A stretch of 64,000 nucleotides of DNA, taken from IMG/VR virus record IMGVR_UViG_3300043786_001842; one strand, written 5' to 3'. The position numbers and the translations under genes were made by a program. Under the pieces are notes generated by a model. That model was not told the origin of the DNA and searched no databases. It saw only the letters and a program-made list of their open reading frames with translations. The stretch is from an uncultured virus (IMG/VR IMGVR_UViG_3300043786_001842). Its lineage: Duplodnaviria > Heunggongvirae > Uroviricota > Caudoviricetes. Shown piece by piece: positions 49,612 to 60,500 of this stretch (within the stretch, counting starts at the first letter, position 1; every line of letters begins with the position of its first letter).

Positions 49612-52098
49612 TCACTCTTCGATTTCAGCCGGCAGGACGGCCGCGGAGACGACGCGGTCCCCGTCCTTCAGGGAGACCAGCTTCACGCCCATGGCGGAGC
49701 GTCCCAGCTCCTTCACGTCGCCGACGCGGAGGCGGACGGTCATGCCGAGCTCCGTGGCGATCAGGACGTTGTCGCTATCCCGCACGATCAGGGCCTCGAC
49801 GAGCTTGGCACCCGGCTTCGGCTTGATCAGGATCCGCCCCTTCCCGCCCCGCCCCTGGGTTGGGAACTGCGAGCTCGAGACACGCTTCCCGATCGCGTCA
49901 GAGGTGACGCAGAGGATGAGCTGGTCCTCGCTCTCGATCTTCCCGATGGACACGACGCGGTCCCCGCCCGAGATGAGGTCCATCCCGCGGACGCCGCCGG
50001 AGTCGCGCTTGGTCAGCCGGATGTCGCTCGGGCTGAAGCGCGTGCCGATTCCGCGATCGGAAGCGAGGAACACGTCTCCGCCGTTCTCCAGCAAGATTCC
50101 CCCGGCGATGTCGTCGTTCGCCGAGCTGCGGAAGAAGACCAGGCGCTTGGTCATCTTGCTGGAGAGGTCCGCCAGCCTGACGCGCTTGACCTCGCCGGAG
50201 ACCGTCGCGACCACCACCTCGGCGTCCTCCGGGATGGGCCACGGGGCCGCGAGCAGTGCCTTCACCTTCTCGTCGGTCTCGAATCCGAGATTGGCGGCGT
50301 GGCGCCCGCTCCCGCCCTCCGGCACCTCGTGGGCCTCGAGACGGACCACGACGCCGCTGTCGGTGATGGCGTGCAGCCTGTCGTGGCTGTGACAGCTGAC
50401 GACGGCGTTCAGGAAGTCGTCGGACTTCAGGGTTGCACCCCTCCGCCCCTTCCCGCCGCGATTCTGCGCCCGGAACTCCTCGATGGACGTGCGCTTCAGA
50501 TACCCCCGGCCGGTCACAGCCAGGAGCACCTGCTCCGGGAGGACGAAGTCGCGGGCGTCCTGGGCGGCGAAGGAGACGATCTTGGTGCGGCGGGGCCGGA
50601 CCAGGCGCCGCTCGGCCTCGGCCAGTTCGGCCTCGATGTGCGCTACGACCTGGGCTGGGTCGGTGAGCAGCCCGAGCAGCCGGTCGATCTCGACCCCGAG
50701 GGCCGCAGCCTCGGCTTCCAGCTCGTCGCGGCGCAACCCGGTGAGGCGGCGCAGCTGCATGGTGAGGATGGCCTCGGCCTGCTTCGTCGTGATGTTGATC
50801 AGGGCGCGCAGCTTCGCCACCGCCTCTGTCTCGTTTGGGGACTCCTTGACGGCCGCCACGACGTCGTCGATGCACCCGATGGCGGCCACCAGGCCCTCGA
50901 GGACGTGCTGCCGCTCTCGGTCGCGGGCGAGCTCCGCGGCGGCGAGGCGCGTCACGCAGTCGGCCCGGAAGTTGGCCCAGCTCTGGATCAGCTGGACAAC
51001 CGACATGACGACTGGCTGCCCGCTCTCGTCGAGGACCGTCGCGTTCATCGAGAAGGCGGACTCGGCCGCCGTGTGCTTGTACAGCTTCTCCAGCACGATC
51101 CCGGGGTCCTCGCCCTGCTTGAGGTCGACGACGATGCGGACGCGGACCTCTCCGCTGGCGCGGTCCTTGGTCGTCTCGTCGCGCACTTCGCGCACCTCGG
51201 GGACGACGGGCTCGCCTCGCTGCTTGGTCTTCGGGTCCCGGCGGCCGGCGGCCGCGTCGCCGATGCTTCCCAGCACGCCGTCGGTGGTGAGGCCGTACGG
51301 GATGCTCGTGAAAACTATCCGCCCACCGGAACGCCCCTCGCCGTCCTCGATAACGGCCTCGCCGCGCATCCGCATGGATCCCTGGCCGGTGGTGTAGGCC
51401 GCGGCGATCTCGGCCGGACCCGACAGCAGGCCGCCGGTCGGGAAGTCCGGACCCGGCATGACCGCGAGGATCTCGGACACCGTCGCCTCGCGCCCCTCCA
51501 CCATGGCCCGGACGACGACGCGGGCGGCTCGGGCGAGCTCGGCCGAATTGTGTGGCGGGATCTGGCTGGCGAAGCCGACTCCGATCGAGCCGCCTGGCAC
51601 GCCGTTCAGCAGCACGGTCGGCAGCTTCGCCGGCAGGAGGGCTGGCTCGGTGAACCGGCCGTCGTAGTTCGGACGATGCGGGACGGCGCCGTCGTCGACC
51701 CCGTCCAGGACCAGCCAGTCCGCGATGGGTGAGAGCTTCATCTCCGTGTACCGCGGGGCGGCCGCCCCCGAGCCGTCGATCGCCCCGACGGAGCCCTGCG
51801 GGGTGATGAGGAGGACGTTGTTGATGTGCTCGCGGGCCAGGCGGCACAGGGCATCGTACACGGACGCGTCGCCGTGCGGGTGCCATCGGGCCAGCACGGA
51901 CCCGACGATCGATGCGCTCTTCACGGTCGCCTTGGAGCTCGGCGCGCTGCGCATGGCCTCGTACAGGATGCGCCGGTGCACCGGCTTCATGCCGTCTCGC
52001 GCGTCGGGGATGGCCCGCGCGTTGCTGGAGATGGCGAAGACGGCGTACTTGTCCGCGAACAGCGTCGCGAGATCGCCGTCGATGATGTTTTCTTCCAT
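49612..52098 (-). CDS. gyrA: DNA gyrase subunit A
   Basis: RAIPDARDGMKPVHRRILY, HPHGDASVY, AAAPRYTE (catalytic Tyr), GPDFPTGG, GyrA-box QNRGGKG and beta-pinwheel repeats. Confidence 0.95.
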   Translation of the reverse strand: MEENIIDGDLATLFADKYAVFAISSNARAIPDARDGMKPVHRRILYEAMRSAPSSKATVKSASIVGSVLARWHPHGDASVYDALCRLAREHINNVLLITPQGSVGAIDGSGAAAPRYTEMKLSPIADWLVLDGVDDGAVPHRPNYDGRFTEPALLPAKLPTVLLNGVPGGSIGVGFASQIPPHNSAELARAARVVVRAMVEGREATVSEILAVMPGPDFPTGGLLSGPAEIAAAYTTGQGSMRMRGEAVIEDGEGRSGGRIVFTSIPYGLTTDGVLGSIGDAAAGRRDPKTKQRGEPVVPEVREVRDETTKDRASGEVRVRIVVDLKQGEDPGIVLEKLYKHTAAESAFSMNATVLDESGQPVVMSVVQLIQSWANFRADCVTRLAAAELARDRERQHVLEGLVAAIGCIDDVVAAVKESPNETEAVAKLRALINITTKQAEAILTMQLRRLTGLRRDELEAEAAALGVEIDRLLGLLTDPAQVVAHIEAELAEAERRLVRPRRTKIVSFAAQDARDFVLPEQVLLAVTGRGYLKRTSIEEFRAQNRGGKGRRGATLKSDDFLNAVVSCHSHDRLHAITDSGVVVRLEAHEVPEGGSGRHAANLGFETDEKVKALLAAPWPIPEDAEVVVATVSGEVKRVRLADLSSKMTKRLVFFRSSANDDIAGGILLENGGDVFLASDRGIGTRFSPSDIRLTKRDSGGVRGMDLISGGDRVVSIGKIESEDQLILCVTSDAIGKRVSSSQFPTQGRGGKGRILIKPKPGAKLVEALIVRDSDNVLIATELGMTVRLRVGDVKELGRSAMGVKLVSLKDGDRVVSAAVLPAEIEE

Positions 52099-52191
52099 GG
52101 TTCTTCCTAGTGTGGTGCCACTGTGATGATATCGTTGCGAGGGCCGGCGGCGAAAAACGAGGAGCGCAGTCTCGCCGGACACGGTTTTCCT

Positions 52192-54591
52192 TTACTTCAT
52201 AAACGGCGGAAGGCGGCCGCTTATGTAATCTCTGTTGACGTAATCCGTGTGTTTCCGCTCCCCCTCGCCGTTCCTTCTCTCCTGCATGATCTTGGAGCAC
52301 TCGGGGTGTTTCAGCTTTCCGCCGCGCGGTTTACCACAGATTGGACACGGATAAATGCCACCTGGTGGTCTGAATTTCATTCTTGTTCCTTCAACTTAAT
52401 TTCAGTGACGAGACAGGACTCGGCTGACGGAGTCCTTCAACCAATCCCAGAGCATCATCGCTCCCACGGCGGTAGCGATCAGAAGGAGCAAGGCGATCTC
52501 GATGGCAAAGCGCGTGATGAGAAGCAAGGCGCTCTCGATGGCGAAGCGCGTGATGGAGCGAGGCATCACCGACCCCCCGTTCTAGCGCGGTGCATGGCGA
52601 GGTAAATGGCGGTCACGCTGTCGATCTCGTCATTGACGTACGCGTTACAGAGATCCATGTTCGCCGCACCGGAGTTACGGAACTCGTCCCACGTCTTTCC
52701 GCCTCCGAGCCCGTTCATGCTCTTCGCCACGTTGGCGGTGATGAGATTGTGGGCGATGTCCCTTCCGGCTTCGATCATCGGCTCGGTCACGATCGGGTCC
52801 GAGTTCGGGCGATCGTCGTCCTCGCTGCCCGTGTCCATCTCGGCCCGCACCCAATCCCAGTAACCACTGCGCGTGTCATCGTTGGCCACCTCGTACTTCC
52901 AATCATCGAGCGTGTGACTCGGGTGCTCCCCCCAGATGCCCCCGTGCTTCTCCGCCAGCTCGCCCGCGGAGGCGGCCTCGCGTACCGCCTCGCGCATCCA
53001 CTGCACGACCCTGTCCATCGTTGCCCCCGAGATGGTCCACTCCGGGATCTTCATGTCGAGGCGCAGCTCAACGCCGGCCTGCCGCTCGATGAGGGTCTCG
53101 ACGTAGTAGCGGGACACGAACTGCCCCAGCGCCGTGTGCTCGTAGCGTGCGTCGTAGAATTCCACGGCCGGCTTCGAGTCCTCCTGCGGCAGGCCGCTCG
53201 GGTCGAGGGACCTCATGCCCGCCACGAGTCGGACGGCCCAGATCCGCCCGCTGTCGTTGAAGATCTTGGCCCTCATGCTAAAGTGACTCCTTTCAGAATG
53301 ACTTCGTCGAGAAAGATCACCTCGAGGTCCGTCGCCAGCCGCACCTCGGGTAGCCCCTTGGTGAGGGACTGGACGTAGACGGTCCTGATTTCGGGTGCCA
53401 GTGACCTGGCCGGCTGTGTCTGGATGATGAATTGGTAGTCGCGGAAGCGGACGGTCCTTGGCCGCCCCGGGGAGTCCTCGGTCGCTTCGAGCTTCTGAGG
53501 CGGGGGGTCCTCAGGCGGCAGGTCGGCCCTGATCTTCTTCGCATGCTTGATCTTCGGAACGCCAGTCGGAGACAGATTCCCATCGAATTCCATCCCCATC
53601 TCCGGGAGGAGCGGAACTGTGGCGACGATCTTTCCAGAGTCCCACCGCGTCACCTTCAGCTTGGCGGTGAGTCCCATGAGTTCGGCGATCGCTTTCGATT
53701 CCGCGATCCCGATGCTCTTGAAATTCGTGGTGTGGATGTATAGCCCGTTCGTCACCTTGTGGCCGGTGTGGGGCGCGTACTCGATCTCGAAATAGCCCGT
53801 CGCTCTCAGTCGGATGGAAAAGCAGTGGAGGTACGGGTCCGCGGCGGCGATGCTGTCGCCACCGGTCATGTGCTGGAAGAATTGATTGAAATCGTTCTCT
53901 CGGAATTTGAAGCACAGATAGTAGCCGGGTACCAGTTTGGCCGGGTCGTGGCTATCCACCCTCCAGCCATTCCTGGATGAGATAGTGATTTCGAACTCCG
54001 CGATCTCTTTCGAGGGCTGAGACTGACGGGGCGGCTCGGGCGGCTCGGGCGGTTGGGCTGTGGGGCGAGCCGCGGGGCGGGGCGTCCCACGCTTCAACGG
54101 AGAATAGACGGCCGCCGGCTGGGGCGGGATTCCTGCTGATGGTCTTGTCATCTCTCTGCTCCAAAATGCTTCTTCTCATGATAGATGGTGCCGGGAATGT
54201 TCCCCAGCACGGCTATCTCCATTTCCTCGATGAGGGGGGCCCTCTCGTAATACGGAAGCCGGATGTCGATGCTGTCGATCAGCACGCCGTCGATGTAGAC
54301 GTATGAATAGATGTCGCGCTCGTACACCACCCGCCCGGATGGGGAGGCCATGCGCCGATGGTCGATCCGCTTGAACCGGACGTTGTTGTCGTGGAAGTAG
54401 TTGATGAACGGCCGAGCATCATCGGTCTCGATGGCGGCATTAATGGCACGGTCCTCTTCGGACAGCGGCGGCAGAGTGCAATGCAGCAACGCTTTGATGG
54501 TATTCAGGAAGGTCAGCATGGACTCTCCACAAGTTTGGGAAATAGTGGACGCGCCCGTCATCGCTTCAAGCAGGATGACGGGCTCGCCCAA
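52192..54591 (-). CDS. Hypothetical ORFs between gyrB and gyrA (52192-52380, 52402-52566, 52566-53276, 53273-54151, 54148-~54591)
   Basis: Overlapping start/stop packing. ORF 52402-52566 contains a 36-bp tandem duplication (ITRFAIExALLL x2) and a hydrophobic helix. Confidence 0.55.
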
Positions 54592-54595
54592 CCAG

Positions 54596-57500
54596 TTACG
54601 CGTCGATCATCTCCTCGGCCACCTGCGCGGCCTGGATGAGCTCTCGCCGGGCCTCGACGCTGCCGGAGCTCATCATGCTGCCGATGAACTCGCCGGCAGC
54701 GTCGAAGTCGCCGACAGTGACGCGGACCAGGCGGCGGGTCGCCACATCGAGCGTCGTCGAGCCGAGCTCTTCGGACTGCATCTCTCCCAGGCCCTTGATG
54801 CGCATGATGGAGATCCCGCGCTGCGACTCGGTCTCGATCACCTCCGCCAGCTCGAGGAGGTGGTAGCAGCTCCGCCCGGCCACCTCGATCCGCCCGGCGG
54901 GTAGCGACCCGAGCAGCTCCAGGACGGCGGTCCTGGCCTCTGTCACGGCGGCCATGAACGGCTCGCCGACGACGGTGGTGAAGAAGCGCCCGCCGGGCGC
55001 GAGGCCGGAGACGACGGCCTGGCCGTCCTCGAGCGTGAAGCCCTCGACCCCCTCGCAGCCGTCCGCCTCGCGCTTCTCGACGATCGCCTCGGCCATGGCC
55101 GTCGGGTCATTCACGTCGAGGCCGAGCGCGTGCGACACGTCGTCCGGCGCGGCCCCCGCGGACCGGGCTGCCCGCTCGATGGCGTTCCGGACCAGCGAGG
55201 CGCACCCAGCGAGGCGCAGCAGGTACGCGTCATCGCCCGTCACCTTCTTGGCGCGACGGCGGAAGAAGTCCGCCAGCGCCCGGTCGTCCTTCAGGTACGT
55301 CCGCTTGCCCTTCTCCGTGATCCGGTAGAGCGGCGGGAGGGCGAGGTAGACGTGGCCGCGCTCGATCAGCGGGCGCATGTGCTTGAAGATGTGCCCGAGA
55401 AGCAGGCACTCGATGTGGGAGTTGTGGACGTAGGCGCCGCTCCCGAGCCGGAAGTTGTGGTGCTCCCGGACCGTGAGGTCGTAGACCGGCTCGCACCCGT
55501 CCTCCGACGAGTCCCACGTCGACGCCAGGGTGCGCTTCACGACGAGGCCCCCCGCCAGCCGGTCCCCCGCAGCGAGGTCCCGGGCCTGCCTGTAGGTCCC
55601 GTCCTCCATGCGGTACTGGTGGTCCGGAGTGCACACGTCCTCGAGCTCGTTGTCCTCGATCCTGACAGACACGTACTCGGACGTCCACTTCGTCATCCGC
55701 GGGGCCTCCAGCAGGACCTCGACCTCGTTCCCGTCGCGGTCCAGCGCGTAACCGGTCAACGGCGGCAGGCCGGCCCGCTCCCGCTCCGCCAGGAGCCAGA
55801 ACGGAACCAGCGAGTCGACCGTGTCGACGAGCGTGTCCCCGACAAAGCACCCGTCGATGTCGGCATCCGCCATCACGATGACTTTCCCGTACCGCAGTTT
55901 CGCGATCGCCGCGTCGACGTCCGCCTCCGGCGCTCCCCACGACATGAACCCGGTGCCAATGGCCGCCGCCAGGTCGGAGAGCTCGGCGTTCGAGAGGACC
56001 TTGGTGGCGTCCGCCTCCCATGAGTTTACATTTACATTCGATGAGGGTCGCAAATCCCCATCCGTCTTTCGACTGCTCACGGTCTCCCGTGAGATTAGAC
56101 CATGTCACGATCTCCTTCGGAGACCCTTCCCATTTCGCATGCCATAAGCTTGCATGCTACTCCCTTTCGGGATGGCCGTTGAGCGTTGATCTAACGGAAG
56201 TACTCGTCTGAGACTTTCTTCCAAATTCTCTTCGATGCAATCGTAGACACGTATCCTCGACGAATCCCTAGTTCTCGTTCGATTACTGGAGGAGTTTCAC
56301 CAGCAGCCAATTTCAAACAGATCTGTCGGATCAAGGATTCGGGATATTTGCACATTGGGTGCTCAGTTCCAGAACGACGTCGCACAAGACCATTTGCGAC
56401 TGCATGCTGGACATTCTCTTTACCTGATACCCATTCGAGATTGCTTGCCGCATTGTTTCTTTTCGAACCGTCAATGTGATTGACCTGGCTCTGTCCAAAA
56501 CGCGGCTTAGGGAGGAAAGCTTCAACGACTAAGCGGTGCACGCGTTCACTTTTGCGTTCACCACTTTTGTCGTACATCTTCACCTGCATGTAACCCCGTC
56601 CATTGATAGTCTGAATCAGGAGGGTATCACCATTAGCTACTCGCCCGAGATTGCTGACACGGTAGCCGGGATGGTGCACACAAGGTTTCCAGTTCTCTCC
56701 AGGTAGCGTCTCAACTTGAGATTTGCGTATTGGCCGTCTCAGGTTGAGACGCTGGAGGAGACCAGTTACAGCACCGACAGTTGTTTCCAACTCGTGTGCC
56801 ATTTCTGGATTGGACTTGTGCAAGTAGTTTTCGGTGAGGAATGCTACATGCTGCGGATTTGATATGCTGAGTGACTTCATTTGAAAACCTCTGAATTATA
56901 CCATATTCATTGGTTCTCAACAATTAGACCCTTCGTTGCCGGTTGTCTCTACCTTCGCATTTTCAGGGGTCGCCGCTCCGTCACCGGGCGGTATCCTAGC
57001 GATAGTCTAGCAAGACTTTCTGGCAGTTAGAGAAGTTCACAGCGCGGATCGCTCCGCGCAGCCGCTAATTTGCTAACGGTTTTCCCTTGAGGCTGAAGAT
57101 AGCCTGGGTTTTGCGATCACGCCCAAGGGCACAGCTGGAACCTGCACTATCCATTCATCTTTGACAGCCGGCGTTACTGACTGTCGCCCGCATATTCGCG
57201 CGGGCCTCGCGGTCTCCCGCGAGATGAGACTATATCTTCGCCCCAGCGGGGCGTCTCCCGTTTCCCCGACACTCGTCGGGTACGTCCTTTCGGACTAGTC
57301 GTTGAACCTTCGCCTGTTTTCTTACACGCGGGATTGCAGTCCCGCCCCAGCCTCACGGCGCCAGGTGGCCGGAGGGCTTCAGCCCTCGAAGTCCCCCTCG
57401 CTGTAGCCGAGGTAGGAAATGGCGTCATCTTTGCTGACGCGCACGGTGGCATTCAGAAGACAGTCGTGCTCCAGGATGACCGTCATGCCGGAGGTGCTGA

Positions 57501-60500
57501 TGCGGTGGCTGGCTTCGATGCGGAATCGCGCCAGGGCGTCGTCGACGCCGTTGCGCTCGAACGTCGGAAACGACGCATTCTCGCTGTCGCCGAACTGGAA
57601 GTTCGTCTTCGGATGGCCGTAGTAGTTCAGGATGAGCCTGATCTTGTCCTCGGCGAGATACGGCGCATAGATTGCCTTGATCTCCTTCACGGAGATGTGC
57701 TGGTTGCCCGGAGTGATTTCGCTGCGTCGGAACATCACCGACCGGCGCACCTGCTCGCGAAGCGCCTCTTCACGCTCGAGCGTCGCGACGAGTTCGCGAG
57801 CGATTTCCAGACGGGAGCGCGTGGCCGAGGAGGCCTGGCGCTCGCGGAGCTGGCGCTCGCACTCGATGAAGTACTTGCGAGCGGCGCGACCCCTCTCGTT
57901 GCGCTCCACCATGGCCAGTTCCTTGGCCATGTCGAGGCTGATGTGATAGTCGATGCGGTTCGATCCGCCGCCACGGTTTCCGACTGCGCTCCCGTTTTGG
58001 AGTGCAGTCGTAAAGTCTTGATTCTCAACGAATTCATACTTCTCGACCCGGTCCTTGATCCAGTTGGAGAAGTCCTTGCCAACCTCCAGGAATGCGTGGA
58101 GCTCCCTGGCGTTCACCGTCGGGACCACTGCATTCCCGACCGGCTGCTCCGTCAGCTTCATAAGGATTTCGTCTTGTGTATCCATATTGGTTCCTTCAAA
58201 TTTCAGATAGAGGCCTCGCTGCAACGAGGCTGGTGGTGGTGTACAGGCGCTTGGCTGCTGATTTCCCAATCCCCACACTTTTCAAGCCGTCGCGCTCGCC
58301 CTTGCGGGCCACGCTGTGGCAGTGGGGCTCTCAGGGAGTTCCAGCAATTAGAGAGATTTTACGAGAGCAATGGTTACTTACCCTCGACGATGAACAGCTC
58401 GGTCTCCGCGGAGTCCTTCGACGAGCAGTCCTTCAGCTTGCCGAAGTTCTTCATTCCGAAGACGCCGGCGTCCTGCTTTCGGACCTGCTCGCGGGCCTTC
58501 GCGGCCGCGACGCGGGCCTTCGCGGCGTTGATCGCACGCTGACAGAGAAGGCGCGCCTCCTTCGGATTCTCCTCCAGCCACCGCTGCAGGCCGGCGTTGA
58601 CGGTCTTCTGGACAGCACCCTGGGCGTCACTGTTTGACAATGTCCTATATTTAAACGGCGTTCGTTACTCACCGTCTAGTTCCAATCTACCAAATTCCCG
58701 TTCGGTCACAGACCATGGATCCATTCCACGCACTAGCACATCTTCGAGTACTTGAACCACATCGGAAACGTATGGGATCCGCAAGAGAGGATAGCCGCGC
58801 TCTTGACAGAAATTAGTCTTGAATGCGTCCCTTTCCTGCATCACCAACATGTCTACCTTCCAATTTGGCCCGACTATAAAATGCTGGCGACCATCGTACT
58901 CGATGAGCAGCGATTCGTCAACGAGAAAATCGAACTTGAGTTGACGCTGAAAAACACATCCTTCCAATGCCACTTCACGTTCATACGACCGGCCATGGCT
59001 AGTCAACCAATTTTCGATAGCCTGCACTGCCTTAGATGTCTTATTCCTTAAAGCACAATACGGACATCTACAACCGCCTAGAAACAGGCCGGACGACATG
59101 TCAAATGTCTGCCCACATGTCTCATGTCTAAATTCGACCTTCTCCCTGAAATTGCGGTACTTGCCGAGAACTGAGTACTCAGTTCCGACCAGCACCGCAA
59201 TTTCCCGAACGAAGTCGTCATGAGTGCGACGGTGTTTTTTGTTGCACTGCGGGCAGCCGGCATGTGGCTTACGGACACGACGTAGCATCGTATTGGGCGA
59301 AATTTCCCATTCGTATCCACACTGATGGCGTGTCAGAATGGGCGTCATCGTGTTAACGTATTTTCCAAGCACGAGATATTCGCCAGGGAAGTGCTTCTCC
59401 AGCTCGGCCACGTACTCAGAGTGTGTCTTCCTGACCGCGTTCCCGCACTTCGGGCAGCGATCGCCACATACGAATCGACTCGGACGCATCTCGAAGATGT
59501 ATCCGCATTCGATGTGCTCGAATCGGATCTTGTGATGGGTGGTTTGGTAGAGGTCGAGCAATCGATACTGATTCTGCCCGCGATCGCGGACTATCTCAGC
59601 AAATTGCTCGTGGGTCATCTTTGCCGGCATCCTATTCTCCTATTTAGAGGACAATCAAATGTTAGCGACGACAACCGGATTGGAACTACTTACAGTTTCC
59701 TGTAAGAGAAGACTATATCTTCACGGTATGACCGTGCTTCCCATTTCCGCACCACTCGGCGCGTACTCCCTCGCGGGATAGTCGTTGAACGTTCACCCTC
59801 GCGGGTGCTTCGCTGCTGATCGCCCAATCTCTCAACTTGTCGAACCGTCGCGCTCGCCGTTCCCGGCCACGCTGTGGTATGAGAGCTCTAAGGGGTTTCC
59901 AGCAATTAGAGAAGTTTTACAAGAGCAGTCATCTACCCTTCGATTGTCCTTTGAAGACTGGAGAACGATGTCTGATCGCGACGAGGACCATAACGCCCTC
60001 GAAGCAATCTGGAGCCTCGATCTTGAGGTCTCTTTCTTTCACCGAAACGAGATTGTTATTCTCGATGTATCCGCGCACGATCTGCGGCAGAGCCATGCGA
60101 ACGCCCTGAACATGTGTGCCGCCTTCAGGCTGACGAACGCAGTTGCAAAAGCCTTGGATGCTGTCGCGGCCATATCCGCTAGTCCAGGCTACCGCAATGG
60201 CGACCCGGATTTCGCTGTCCTCGGGATTTTCGAAGTGGGCGACTTTCTTGAAGAGCACCTTGTCCCCGGCCAGCGACTCGATAAAGGCATCAAGACCTCG
60301 CTCTTCGCGAAAGACTTCGTCTTTCGTGCCGGTTTCGTCCTTCCACTTCAAACGCAGTGTAAGGCCGGGATTCAGATAGGCCCGCTCGCGCAGCATGCGC
60401 TGGAGGGCTTCCCGACCGGGAATCATGGAACTCGCATCCTTGAACACGATCGGGTCGAGGATAAACTCAATCTTGGTGCCGGTACGTTTCTTGTTTCTCT

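Noticed and set aside
57174..57452. ORFs inside intron cores (57174-57452, 14799-15314) and N-terminal extensions of exon ORFs
   Set aside because: They run through ribozyme structural elements and lack RBS or protein motifs.
15444..59934. Pseudogenes, frameshifts or stop-codon recoding in polB, rpoB and gyrB
   Set aside because: Each premature stop lies at the start of a recognisable group I intron, and splicing restores the frame and conserved motifs. All three stop codons are used normally elsewhere.
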